Assembly (NCBI GenBank): GCA_964608265.1
Contig: CAZSNP010000010.1
Location: forward strand, 13,959 to 77,958
Length of the DNA: 64,000 bases
Reading direction: 5' to 3'
Source: an uncultured Anaerolineales bacterium
GTDB taxonomy: Bacteria > Chloroflexota > Anaerolineae > Anaerolineales > UBA6663
A program made the translations under genes and the position numbers. How positions within the stretch are numbered: position 1 is the first letter of the stretch; every line of letters begins with the position of its first letter. Below, in pieces: positions 27,047 to 35,390 of this stretch. The notes below the pieces were generated by a model. That model did not search any database, had not been told where the DNA came from, and worked only from the letters and a program-made list of their open reading frames with translations.

Positions 27047-28234
27047 ATGCAGAGTCGCCTACGTGTACTGCAAATTGTGGCGGGCCTGCCGGTCGAGAAC
27101 CCAGCCGGCAGTGGTATCACCCGTTTTGTGATCAGTTTGTGTCAAGCCCTCGATCGGGCCCGCTTCATTCCAATGATTGGGGCGTTGTGGTCGTATGATG
27201 CCTTAAGCGAGAGTGCCATCATCGATTCGCTACGCGGCGATGGTATCCCGGCCTTTGCAGCGGCGGCTTGGGATGCCGCCTCGCCTTATGCAGCCCTGTG
27301 GAAATCACTCCGCGCCCTCGCTAGTTATGTTCGAACCCATCCCGTCGACATCGTGCACTCACATTCCGAATTTGGTGATATGGCAGCACTCTGGTTGAAG
27401 GCCAAGGGGGATGTCCGCTCAATCCTTCGCACTGTTCACTACGGTTATGGGTATGAGTGGCGCAATAGGCCCTGGCGCCGTTGGCTTCTCACGAACTTGC
27501 TGTATCCACTTTGTTTTGATCTGGAAGCCGGTGTAAATCGCCGTATCGCCCAACAGCTTAGTGATCGCCCGGTCGCGCAATGGCTGAGGCGTCAGGGGTT
27601 GTATCTGCCGAATGCCATTGACTTGGGTCGTTTTGCGCAAGGGCGAACTGACTCATATCAGGTGCGGCGCACTCTGAACGTGCTGGCTGCCTCGGCGGTC
27701 ATTGGCACAGTGGGGCGCTTGGCCGAACAAAAAGGTCACTGGCGCTTGATTGAAACCGCCGCAATTGTCCTGCGGCACCATCCGCAGGTACATTTTCTAG
27801 TCGTGGGCACTGGAGACCTTGAAACGAGTCTTAGGGCTCAAGCTTTTCATTTGGGTATCGATGCCAACGTTCATTTCTTGGGGGCGCGTGCTGATGTAGA
27901 ACTAATTCTGCAGGCAATCGACATCTTTGTCCTCCCGTCCCTTTGGGAGGGATTGTCAACCGTCATCATGGAAAGCATGGCAAGTGGCGTGCCGGTCATC
28001 TGCAGCGATTTGCCGGCCAATCGTGATCTCGTGCAGGCCGGTGTCAATGGGTGGTTGTTTCCCGCAAATTACTCGCCACAGTCTTGGGCAGGCGTCATTA
28101 TAGAGGCCCTCGAACGACCCGACCTGTGCCGGGCATATGCGTCGCGGGCCTTTGAAACCGTTGAGGCCCACTCCATCGAGAATGTTGCTCGCCAACAGAT
28201 GAAAGCCTATGAAACCTTGGCTGACCGACGCTGA
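27047..28234 (+). CDS. Glycosyltransferase family 4 (GT-B)
   Basis: LRVLQIVAGLP...GITRFV, GTVGRLAEQKG, FLVVGTGDLE, and PSLWEGLSTVIMESMASGVPVICSD (E-x7-E motif). Confidence 0.85.
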   Translation: MQSRLRVLQIVAGLPVENPAGSGITRFVISLCQALDRARFIPMIGALWSYDALSESAIIDSLRGDGIPAFAAAAWDAASPYAALWKSLRALASYVRTHPVDIVHSHSEFGDMAALWLKAKGDVRSILRTVHYGYGYEWRNRPWRRWLLTNLLYPLCFDLEAGVNRRIAQQLSDRPVAQWLRRQGLYLPNAIDLGRFAQGRTDSYQVRRTLNVLAASAVIGTVGRLAEQKGHWRLIETAAIVLRHHPQVHFLVVGTGDLETSLRAQAFHLGIDANVHFLGARADVELILQAIDIFVLPSLWEGLSTVIMESMASGVPVICSDLPANRDLVQAGVNGWLFPANYSPQSWAGVIIEALERPDLCRAYASRAFETVEAHSIENVARQQMKAYETLADRR

Positions 28235-28283
28235 AAACCCGTCTGTGTCAAGAACCGTCTATCACCGTGCCATCTGCGGGAGG

Positions 28284-28706
28284 CTATGGCAGATCCACCG
28301 CTAGATCGCCCACGTCGAGTTCTTGATCTGGATTGGTTATCCAGACCTTGGCCTGGCCTGAGGGTTCGGCGACAATTCGATGTTCGCCGTAAATGTCCCC
28401 GACGACGATTACGTATTCCGCGGCTGCAATATTCACAATCTCAAAATGCCCAACCTCATCGGTCAGCGCACCGGGACTCCTAGCACCATCCAGGAGGAAT
28501 GCCCCATCGTCGCTTTGACGATAAACTTGCGCCAGCCTGACGCTGACGCTCGCCAAGGGCAAGGATGTTGTGGAGGACAACACTCGCCCAGAAACTGAAG
28601 ATTTGCCTGATTCGATTGTTGCTGGCGATGTGGGAGTGCCGGTCTGGAGAGAATTGCACGCGCCCAACAAGAGACACATTATCAGAAAGAAAGGCTTGAA
28701 TTTCAT
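28284..28706 (-). CDS. Small lipoprotein with a carboxypeptidase-regulatory-like (CarboxypepD_reg) beta-sandwich
   Basis: MKFKPFFLIMCLLLGACNS carries a lipobox. SGRVLSSTTSLPLASVSVRL...GHFEIVNIAAAEYVIVV resembles the CarboxypepD_reg fold. Located in the lower-GC stretch. Confidence 0.6.
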   Translation of the reverse strand: MKFKPFFLIMCLLLGACNSLQTGTPTSPATIESGKSSVSGRVLSSTTSLPLASVSVRLAQVYRQSDDGAFLLDGARSPGALTDEVGHFEIVNIAAAEYVIVVGDIYGEHRIVAEPSGQAKVWITNPDQELDVGDLAVDLP

Positions 28707-28838
28707 GGAGCTGATGGTACCACTTCCCCGAGGATTGGCAATAACCCAAAATTACGGCCGGAGTTAATACAGGAGGATTATTGCTTTGGGGTTTGGTTTC
28801 GCTGATAGTTGAGCAAACAAGTCCAAGGAGCATAAACG

Positions 28839-30266
28839 ATGAAACACAAAGCATTTTCACTGGCAGTAATGCTAACGCTGATCCTATCAGCGATGCACAC
28901 GTCTTATGTAAGTGCCCAGGCGTATACGACAACCTTTTCCACTTCAATCACTATTCTGAACGTTTCCGGGTCTACCGCACAATATGTTGTGTCGCTATAT
29001 TCCTCCCCCACCACCACATCCCCCATTACGGTAAGTCAACCGGATTTACCCGCGGGCGCAGGCACCTCGTTGTTTGTGGGTAGCCTATCGTCGGTGCCGG
29101 CTGGGTTCCGAGGATCTGCCATTATTCAGGCCAACGCACGCCTGCTGGCCACAGCCGTCCAGGTCCCCCAAGGCTCCGCCACGGTTAAGAACCGCCCGAT
29201 GTCGAACGGTTTCGAGGCCGGATCGAGCAGCGCTGTGATTGCGACGTTCTTGAAGCAACGATTCGATCAAAATACGATCGTTGCCATCCAGAACACGGAC
29301 ACCGCAAACAACAACGTCACGGTAAGCATATACGATGCGACTAACCCGAGCGCTCCGCCGGTTCAGGTGACGCAGAATGACCTGGCCCCAGGCGCGGCCT
29401 TCTATTTGGATGCCGGTACTCTGTCTAGCGTGCCCAGCAACTTTAGCGGGTCAATGACGATCTCAGCAGTTCGCTCGAACGGCGGAGGCAATGGGAGTAT
29501 CGTGGCCTCAGCCATGGAACTCAATATTGCAGGAACGGGTGCGTCTGCCTTTGAAAGCGTGGGCACAGGTGCCAACACGGTCTATATGCCCTCTGCCATT
29601 TGCAATGCTTTCGGCGGACAGAATACCGCCTATGCGGTGCAGAATACCAGCCTCAGCACCGCCGCCTCTGTGACCGTGACCTACAGTAACGGCTCGGTCG
29701 AGGGACCGATCACGGTCAATCCTGGCGCCAAGTTCAGTTTTCAAGGTTGTACCGTTAATTCGGCGGGCTTTAGTGGCTCGGCACGTATCACCAGCACGGG
29801 CGCTCCGATCATTGCCGTGGGCAAGGTCATTGGCACTGGGCTTTCGACGGCATTCGTGGGTGCCACGACGGGTGGGCGTGAACTGGCCCTGCCCTATGTC
29901 CGCTGGTCGGAGACCCAATACTCAACAGGCGGCCGTCAGCGGACTTTTCTGGCCATACAAAATGTGGGTTCAACGGATCTCGCGGCTGGTGCCGTCACAG
30001 TGGAGTATCGTGACAAGACCGGCGCTGTTGTAGGGACTCACAGCCTGGCGGCTATTCCAGCGGGTGGTAAAGTCAATTCGAACCCCTCGAATGTCGGCTC
30101 AGCCGCTTCCGAACTCGGATATTACTCTGATGGCACATTTGGCGCCGGGGCCATTGTTCGTGGGCCATCGGGAAGCCAGTTGGTCGTAATCGCGCGCGTT
30201 CAGTCGGTCGTACCAGGGGTCAACACCGTGGGTGAAGACTACAATGGTCTCGTGATCACTCCATAG
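28839..30266 (+). CDS. Secreted protein built from four tandem ~110-aa repeats, function unknown
   Basis: AAGGAG lies 8 nt upstream of the ATG. Signal peptide ends SYVSAQA. Four repeat cores: SITILNVSGSTAQYVVSLY..PAGFRGSAIIQA; TIVAIQNTDTANNNVTVSIY..PSNFSGSMTISA; TAYAVQNTSLSTAASVTVTY..SAGFSGSARITS; TFLAIQNVGSTDLAAGAVTVEY..GTFGAGAIVRG. About 50% GC. Confidence 0.7.
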   Translation: MKHKAFSLAVMLTLILSAMHTSYVSAQAYTTTFSTSITILNVSGSTAQYVVSLYSSPTTTSPITVSQPDLPAGAGTSLFVGSLSSVPAGFRGSAIIQANARLLATAVQVPQGSATVKNRPMSNGFEAGSSSAVIATFLKQRFDQNTIVAIQNTDTANNNVTVSIYDATNPSAPPVQVTQNDLAPGAAFYLDAGTLSSVPSNFSGSMTISAVRSNGGGNGSIVASAMELNIAGTGASAFESVGTGANTVYMPSAICNAFGGQNTAYAVQNTSLSTAASVTVTYSNGSVEGPITVNPGAKFSFQGCTVNSAGFSGSARITSTGAPIIAVGKVIGTGLSTAFVGATTGGRELALPYVRWSETQYSTGGRQRTFLAIQNVGSTDLAAGAVTVEYRDKTGAVVGTHSLAAIPAGGKVNSNPSNVGSAASELGYYSDGTFGAGAIVRGPSGSQLVVIARVQSVVPGVNTVGEDYNGLVITP

Positions 30267-30304
30267 TTGCTCGATCCCTAGCTTTCGCCGGAATGCGCCT
30301 TAAT

Positions 30305-30340
30305 CGCGGGCCAGGACTTAGGTTCTGGTCCGCGTTTTGT
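30305..30340 (+). terminator. Intrinsic terminator-like hairpin after the repeat-protein gene
   Basis: Stem cgcgggccag (30305-30314) / ctggtccgcg (30325-30334) with one G-U pair, followed by ttttgt. Confidence 0.5.
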
Positions 30341-30404
30341 GCTAACTTCGGCTGAGCTGGGCCGGCCACAAAGTGGCTCTGGATCGGGGCGGTTGGATGA
30401 TCCG

Positions 30405-31754
30405 TCAGGGTTGCTGAAAAAATGGAATGGTCAGGGTGAAGAACGCCTGGTAGGCCCAGTTGTCGGATGAGAAACCATCGTTTACCCGCCCACCTAACGC
30501 GTAAACACGGGTTTCAACGACGGCTAGACTCAGCCCCGTAAGGTCGCCGACCTCGGATACCTCCACGGCAGTCCATAAGTCTTGATTGGGCACATATTGA
30601 AAGAGAGCCGAGGTTGGTTTCGGGCCTCCTCCGATGGCGATGATCAGGTCTGCTACGTTTGCGACCCCCAAACCTTGTCGAGCTTCTGGCAAAGACGCGC
30701 GCTTGAGCCACGCCTGGGGAGATGGTACCTTCACATCCCGACTCGGCTGATACTCAAGGTTGAGGGTGAGCGCCGTATCTCCGTTGGTGCCCCCGATAAC
30801 ATAGATCCCATTCCCGGTTGTGGTCGCTCCCGCCAGCCCCCTAGCGGAGGGCATGGGCGTTCGTTCAACCCACCGGTCCATTGCGGGGTCGTAGGCAAAT
30901 ACGGTCGCCGTTAGCGCCGCCCCGTCCCAACCCCCAAACACATAGAGTCTGCCCTCAAACGCCGCCAGGGCGTACTGGCTCAACCCTATCGGCATATCAG
31001 CGCCGGCGCTCCACTGATCCGCAACTGGATCGTACACCTCCAGTAGGCTGGTCGGCCGGCCAGAAGTGAGGCGTCCTCCCGGGACCAGGATCTTTCCGCC
31101 TATCACGGCGGCTTGCACATCCGCAACCGGAGTAGGCTTGGAGGTCAATGTTTGCCAGGTATTGGTATTCGAGTTGTATCGTTCCAGCACGCCACTCGGG
31201 CCCGCCCAGTCCTCACCGGCAATCGCATAAACGAAGTTGTCGACCACGGCCGTCGCCAAGCCGGCGCGAGCCGTAGGCATGTCGGCGCGCACCTGCCAAC
31301 GGGGCGGCGCAGTGACCGCAATCTGCGTGGGTGAGGGCAAAAAACTCGGGAGCCAAACCGGCCACGTCCATGCGAGAGCGCCGACCAGTGTCAGCGCCAA
31401 CACTGCACCGCCGAACCATTGCCAGCGTCGCTTGGGCTGGCGCACGGCTGTCGGGCCAGTGGAGGTATCCGTCATCGCTGCGGCCTCCCTCGCCTCTGGT
31501 GCGATATCCTCCTCAACGATCTGGCCATCACCGGGAACAGCCACCTGCACCAAACCCGAACGTATCGCGTACAGCGTCGCCTCCGTGCGCGACGCAACGC
31601 CGATCTTCGCAAAAATGTTGCGCAGATGGACCTTGACGGTGTTCGGACTGATGACGAGTTGCTGCGCGATCTCCTTGTTGCTGGCCCCGGTCGCTACCAG
31701 CTTCAGGATTTCCTTTTCACGCTCGCTCAACTCTGTGCCATTCTGTTCAAGCAT
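30405..31754 (-). CDS. Membrane-tethered one-component regulator: N-terminal LuxR/GerE HTH, single TM helix, extracytoplasmic six-blade Kelch propeller
   Basis: LSEREKEILKLVATGASNKEIAQQLVISPNTVKVHLRNIFAKIGVASRTEA is a LuxR HTH. KRRWQWFGGAVLALTLVGALAWTWPVWL is a TM helix with a positive-inside cluster. Six Kelch-like blades: FVYAIAGED, KILVPGGR, RLYVFGGWDG, GIYVIGGTNG, LIIAIGGG, RVYALGGRV. Confidence 0.8.
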   Translation of the reverse strand: MLEQNGTELSEREKEILKLVATGASNKEIAQQLVISPNTVKVHLRNIFAKIGVASRTEATLYAIRSGLVQVAVPGDGQIVEEDIAPEAREAAAMTDTSTGPTAVRQPKRRWQWFGGAVLALTLVGALAWTWPVWLPSFLPSPTQIAVTAPPRWQVRADMPTARAGLATAVVDNFVYAIAGEDWAGPSGVLERYNSNTNTWQTLTSKPTPVADVQAAVIGGKILVPGGRLTSGRPTSLLEVYDPVADQWSAGADMPIGLSQYALAAFEGRLYVFGGWDGAALTATVFAYDPAMDRWVERTPMPSARGLAGATTTGNGIYVIGGTNGDTALTLNLEYQPSRDVKVPSPQAWLKRASLPEARQGLGVANVADLIIAIGGGPKPTSALFQYVPNQDLWTAVEVSEVGDLTGLSLAVVETRVYALGGRVNDGFSSDNWAYQAFFTLTIPFFQQP

Positions 31755-31768
31755 GCTACCCTGAGACG

Positions 31769-32950
31769 CTATCGATGAACAATCGGAAGATAGTTCGTGA
31801 AACAGTGGGGCGAATTGCCGCCAGTCTGATATTGTAACGCGGCATCTGCCTGGATCAACCCAGCCCCATACTCGTTGTCCGGCCCCGGCGAACCAAGATC
31901 GAGCGCCGTATCCTCCAGGGCAGACCGGATTTCAGCGGGCGACGTAAACTGCGGCTGGCACGCCATTAGCGCAATCACTCCGGATACCAGGGGCGTCGCC
32001 ATCGAAGTGCCCGAGCGATACTCGTACCCCCCGCCGCGCGCGGTGGAGAAAACCCCCACCCCCGGCGCGGCCACATCCATCTCGGGGCCAACATTGGAAA
32101 AGGCGGCGCGCACATCGTTCCCGTCGGTCGCTGCCACGGCGATTACGGACGAGGCCGCGGCTGGACACAGCACCGGGCCGTTCTGATTGCCAGCCGCGGC
32201 GACGACGGTGACACCCATTGTATACGCATAGGTCGCGGCCAGTTCCATCACCGGCGAAGGGCAAGGGCCGCCCAGGCTCAAATTGATGACGGACGCCCCA
32301 TGTTCCGTTGCCCACACGATAGCGGAGGCCACATCGGCATCATCGCCGTTGCCGGCCGAATCGAGTACCTTGAGGGGCATGATGCGCGCGCCCCAGCTGG
32401 CGCCAGCGATTCCCAGGCCGTTGCTCGTGCTCGCCGCTGCGATGCCGGCCACATGCGTGCCGTGGCCGTGGTCATCGTCCGGAGGCAGTGAGGCATTGAT
32501 CCAATTCACGCCCGGCACCAGTTTGCCCTGGAGATCGGGATGATCGAGATCAACGCCTGTGTCGATTACGGCGATGATGACGTGGCTCGCGCCGGTAGTG
32601 AGCTGCCACGCTTGTGGAAGCCGGATGCGGTTTGGGCCGTATTGTTGTGCCCAAAAAGGATCGTTGGGAGCAGTCTGCTGCAAGCTGACGCGCTGCACGC
32701 GCTGGACGAACTCAATGTCCGAATGGCCCGCCATTTGCCCGATGACGTCACTGCGCGGAAGCTCGATCACGTTCAATCCGAGTCGCTCCAACTCGGGCGC
32801 GGCGATGGCTGGCCATGCCCTCGGTGTATCCGTCGAACGCAGACGAACGACAACCCGTTCAGTTTGCGTCCGGAGGCTGACGGCGGTTGTGGCCAGACTC
32901 GTCGCCACCATCGCCGCGATCCAAATCCAATGTCTCCGACGCTGACCCAT
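31769..32950 (-). CDS. Secreted thermitase-like subtilase (S8 family), ends in NYLPIVHR
   Basis: Start chosen at MGQRRRHWIWIAAMVATSLATTAVS (ATG at 32950) because the longer track ORF lacks a signal peptide. Triad motifs VIAVIDTGVDLDHPDL, HGHGTHVAGIAA and SGTSMATPLVSGVIALM. Confidence 0.9.
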   Translation of the reverse strand: MGQRRRHWIWIAAMVATSLATTAVSLRTQTERVVVRLRSTDTPRAWPAIAAPELERLGLNVIELPRSDVIGQMAGHSDIEFVQRVQRVSLQQTAPNDPFWAQQYGPNRIRLPQAWQLTTGASHVIIAVIDTGVDLDHPDLQGKLVPGVNWINASLPPDDDHGHGTHVAGIAAASTSNGLGIAGASWGARIMPLKVLDSAGNGDDADVASAIVWATEHGASVINLSLGGPCPSPVMELAATYAYTMGVTVVAAAGNQNGPVLCPAAASSVIAVAATDGNDVRAAFSNVGPEMDVAAPGVGVFSTARGGGYEYRSGTSMATPLVSGVIALMACQPQFTSPAEIRSALEDTALDLGSPGPDNEYGAGLIQADAALQYQTGGNSPHCFTNYLPIVHR

Positions 32951-32966
32951 AGTTACGCTTCCCGAA

Positions 32967-32974
32967 ATTATAAT
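32967..32974. promoter_or_regulatory. Overlapping face-to-face -10 hexamers in a 33-bp divergent gap
   Basis: aaattataata: TATAAT on the + strand at 32969-32974 and TATAAT on the - strand at 32967-32972. These lie 9 nt upstream of the GTG at 32984 and 16 nt upstream of the ATG at 32950. Confidence 0.4.
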
Positions 32975-32983
32975 AGCGGTGAC

Positions 32984-35386
32984 GTGAATCAATTGACACT
33001 CTCGTTGTGGAAATGGTTGGTACTTTTGTCTCGACCGGTGATGATCGGGTTCGTTTGGATTGGCCTTGTCAATGCCGGCCGCATCGAGCCGGTTGCGGCG
33101 GTAGACAGTGAGCAGCCGCGTCTGGACCGGGCGGCTGATGTGCCGCGGGACACCGTGACTGTAGCGCAAACGTTCATCGCTCGGCACAACGGTTTGTCGG
33201 CGATTGAACTCCTGGCCGTCACGTATCCCGGGCCACCCGGCGTATCGGCGTTGACGTTACGGCTGAAAGATGACGCGGGCGGCCCAGTCGCGGAGCAGAC
33301 CTTCAAGGATTTAGCGCACAACGCTCCGCTCCGCCTGGCTTTCGAGCCGGTAGCTACCAGCGCCGGGCGGCGATTTACTCTCGAATTGCTTGGTGGCCTG
33401 GGAAACAATTCAACCGTGTGGGCGTACAGCCTCGATGGTTACCCGGACGGCGAACAACGTGGCTCCGATGGAGATCTGAGGTTCTCGACCACCTATACCT
33501 ATCTGCCTACAGACCTTGTGACCGATATTGTGACGAGCGTGAGCGAGCTTGCTCAATGGGCGCCCGTTGCGTGGGTCGTTCTATTTGCGCCAGGCCTGCT
33601 GATGCTGGCGGTGCTCAGGATGACATTTGCCACTGTGTGGTCGCGTTGGGGTATGGCGCTGGCTCTGAGCGTCTCGGTCCTTGCCTTCCTGTGGCTGTGG
33701 GCGTCGGTATTCAAGTTCCGGTTGACTGGCGTCGCGATGCAGTCGGCGTACGGCATTGTTGGCTTTGTCGTGGTTGTGCAAACGCTCCGCGCCTGGCTAA
33801 GCGATGCGACCGCCCGACCCCGTCCTGGCCCACATGACATCGCCATGGGCGCGCTCTTGCTGGGGGCGGTCGTCGTCCGTTTTCTGGCTGCGCGTGATCT
33901 GGCGTTTCCGATGTGGGTCGATTCGCCGCACCACGCCCTTATCGCTCGCGTGCTGGCTGAGGCCGGTCATGTGCCTTCAGCTTATCAGCCAGTGTTGCCG
34001 GTGGATAAATTCACCTATCATTTTGGATTTCACGCCCTGGCCGTGACATTTGCCTCGCTGACCTCGCTTACTCTCGTGGCGACGTTCCTCTTTTTGGGCA
34101 ACTGCCTCAACGGCCTGATGGCCCTGGCGGCGTACACGCTTGCGATCGAGCTGACTGGCCGCCCACGTGCAGGCCTGATTGCGGCGCTGATTGTCGGCCT
34201 GGTCGCGCTGTTCCCGGGCTACTACCTGGCCTGGGGCAGATACACCCAGTTGCTTGGCCTGCTCATCTTCGCGCCGCTGCTGGGCGTCACATGGCGACTG
34301 ATTCGGCCAAGTGAGGCCACCCTCAACCCTGGTCAACTTGCCATTGTGGTCAGCCTGCTGGCGAGCGGGCTGTTGTTCGCCCACTATCGAGTCGCGTTCT
34401 TCTTCGCGACCTTTGTCTGGACGGCGCTGGCGGCGGGCCGCGTTCGAGGCTGGCGGAGTATGGCAACGGTCGTGTTGCTCACGACTCTGCTTTCTGCACC
34501 CTGGTTGAAGCAGTTGAGCGCAACCTGGTTGCGACCTTCGTTGGCAAACCCGGACTTCATCAGCGCGCCGGCTGGCTACAACGATTTTCCGTGGGGTTAC
34601 TTCGACAGTTCGCTCGAACGTGCGTGGGTCATCGCAGCGCTGATCGGGCTGGCGCTTATGCTCATTGCGCGCCAGCGTACCGGCTGGCTGCTGTTGGGCT
34701 GGTTGGCGCTTACGTCGGCCCTGCTCAACCTGGGGCCTGGATCGTGGGTCGTGAACAACAACTCGTGGGCCATCTCGCTGTTTCTGCCGGGTGCGGTTCT
34801 GGTTGGATTCGGGGGCGATGCGGTTTGGCATTGGAGCGCAAGACTCATGGATGCCGCCAACTGGTTGAGGCGCGGGACGGGGCTTCTTTTACAATGGCTC
34901 CTCCTCGCCGCGCTGACGGTTGTGGCCGCGACGGGAACTCGTGCGCAGCTAACGATGGCGAATCCGGCGACGACGCTGGCCCTTGCCGCCGACCAGCCGG
35001 CCCTGGACTGGGTAGCCGCGAATACATCATCCGATGCGATCTTTGCCGCCAACAGTTGGCTGTGGCAGAACAACACTTGGGCAGGATCAGATGGAGGAGC
35101 GTGGTTGACGCCGCTGACCAACCGGCGCAGCACTATCCCGCCGGTGGATTATGCGTATGATGCAAGGCTGTTTGAGTCCACTAATGCCTTCAACGAACGT
35201 CTCGCGGCAGTCACGGAGGCGGATGCGCCGGCAACCCTGGATTTGTGGCGTGAAGCCGGGGTGACCCACATCTTCATCGGGGCGCGGGGCGGGGTGCTCA
35301 AACCTGAGATGTTCGTTGACTCGCCCAACTATCGCTTGCTGTTCACGAATGGCGCGGCCTGGGTGTTCGAAGTTGTGGCACCGTGA
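32984..35386 (+). CDS. Large polytopic membrane protein, GT-C-like glycosyltransferase candidate (paralog of 19695-22136)
   Basis: See the shared blocks under 19695-22136. More than 10 hydrophobic segments and a soluble C-terminal domain. The start is uncertain: GTG at 32984 (preferred, no overlap with the divergent S8 gene), ATG at 32930, or ATG at 33041. The track start at 32540 is antisense to the S8 gene and rejected. Confidence 0.6.
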   Translation: MNQLTLSLWKWLVLLSRPVMIGFVWIGLVNAGRIEPVAAVDSEQPRLDRAADVPRDTVTVAQTFIARHNGLSAIELLAVTYPGPPGVSALTLRLKDDAGGPVAEQTFKDLAHNAPLRLAFEPVATSAGRRFTLELLGGLGNNSTVWAYSLDGYPDGEQRGSDGDLRFSTTYTYLPTDLVTDIVTSVSELAQWAPVAWVVLFAPGLLMLAVLRMTFATVWSRWGMALALSVSVLAFLWLWASVFKFRLTGVAMQSAYGIVGFVVVVQTLRAWLSDATARPRPGPHDIAMGALLLGAVVVRFLAARDLAFPMWVDSPHHALIARVLAEAGHVPSAYQPVLPVDKFTYHFGFHALAVTFASLTSLTLVATFLFLGNCLNGLMALAAYTLAIELTGRPRAGLIAALIVGLVALFPGYYLAWGRYTQLLGLLIFAPLLGVTWRLIRPSEATLNPGQLAIVVSLLASGLLFAHYRVAFFFATFVWTALAAGRVRGWRSMATVVLLTTLLSAPWLKQLSATWLRPSLANPDFISAPAGYNDFPWGYFDSSLERAWVIAALIGLALMLIARQRTGWLLLGWLALTSALLNLGPGSWVVNNNSWAISLFLPGAVLVGFGGDAVWHWSARLMDAANWLRRGTGLLLQWLLLAALTVVAATGTRAQLTMANPATTLALAADQPALDWVAANTSSDAIFAANSWLWQNNTWAGSDGGAWLTPLTNRRSTIPPVDYAYDARLFESTNAFNERLAAVTEADAPATLDLWREAGVTHIFIGARGGVLKPEMFVDSPNYRLLFTNGAAWVFEVVAP

Positions 35387-35390
35387 ACGC

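Noticed and set aside
28235-30404. Lower-GC stretch considered as a mobile genomic island
   Set aside because: It has no flanking direct repeats, tRNA gene, integrase or IS remnants. The composition shift is real, but mobility is unsupported, so it is reported only as a compositional anomaly.
32540-32983. N-terminal 148 aa of the 948-aa track ORF (32540-35386), and the 79-aa N-terminal extension of the S8 track ORF (32951-33187)
   Set aside because: Each extension is antisense to the other gene's well-supported coding region. A signal peptide or TM segment appears only after the internal starts at 32950 and 32984.
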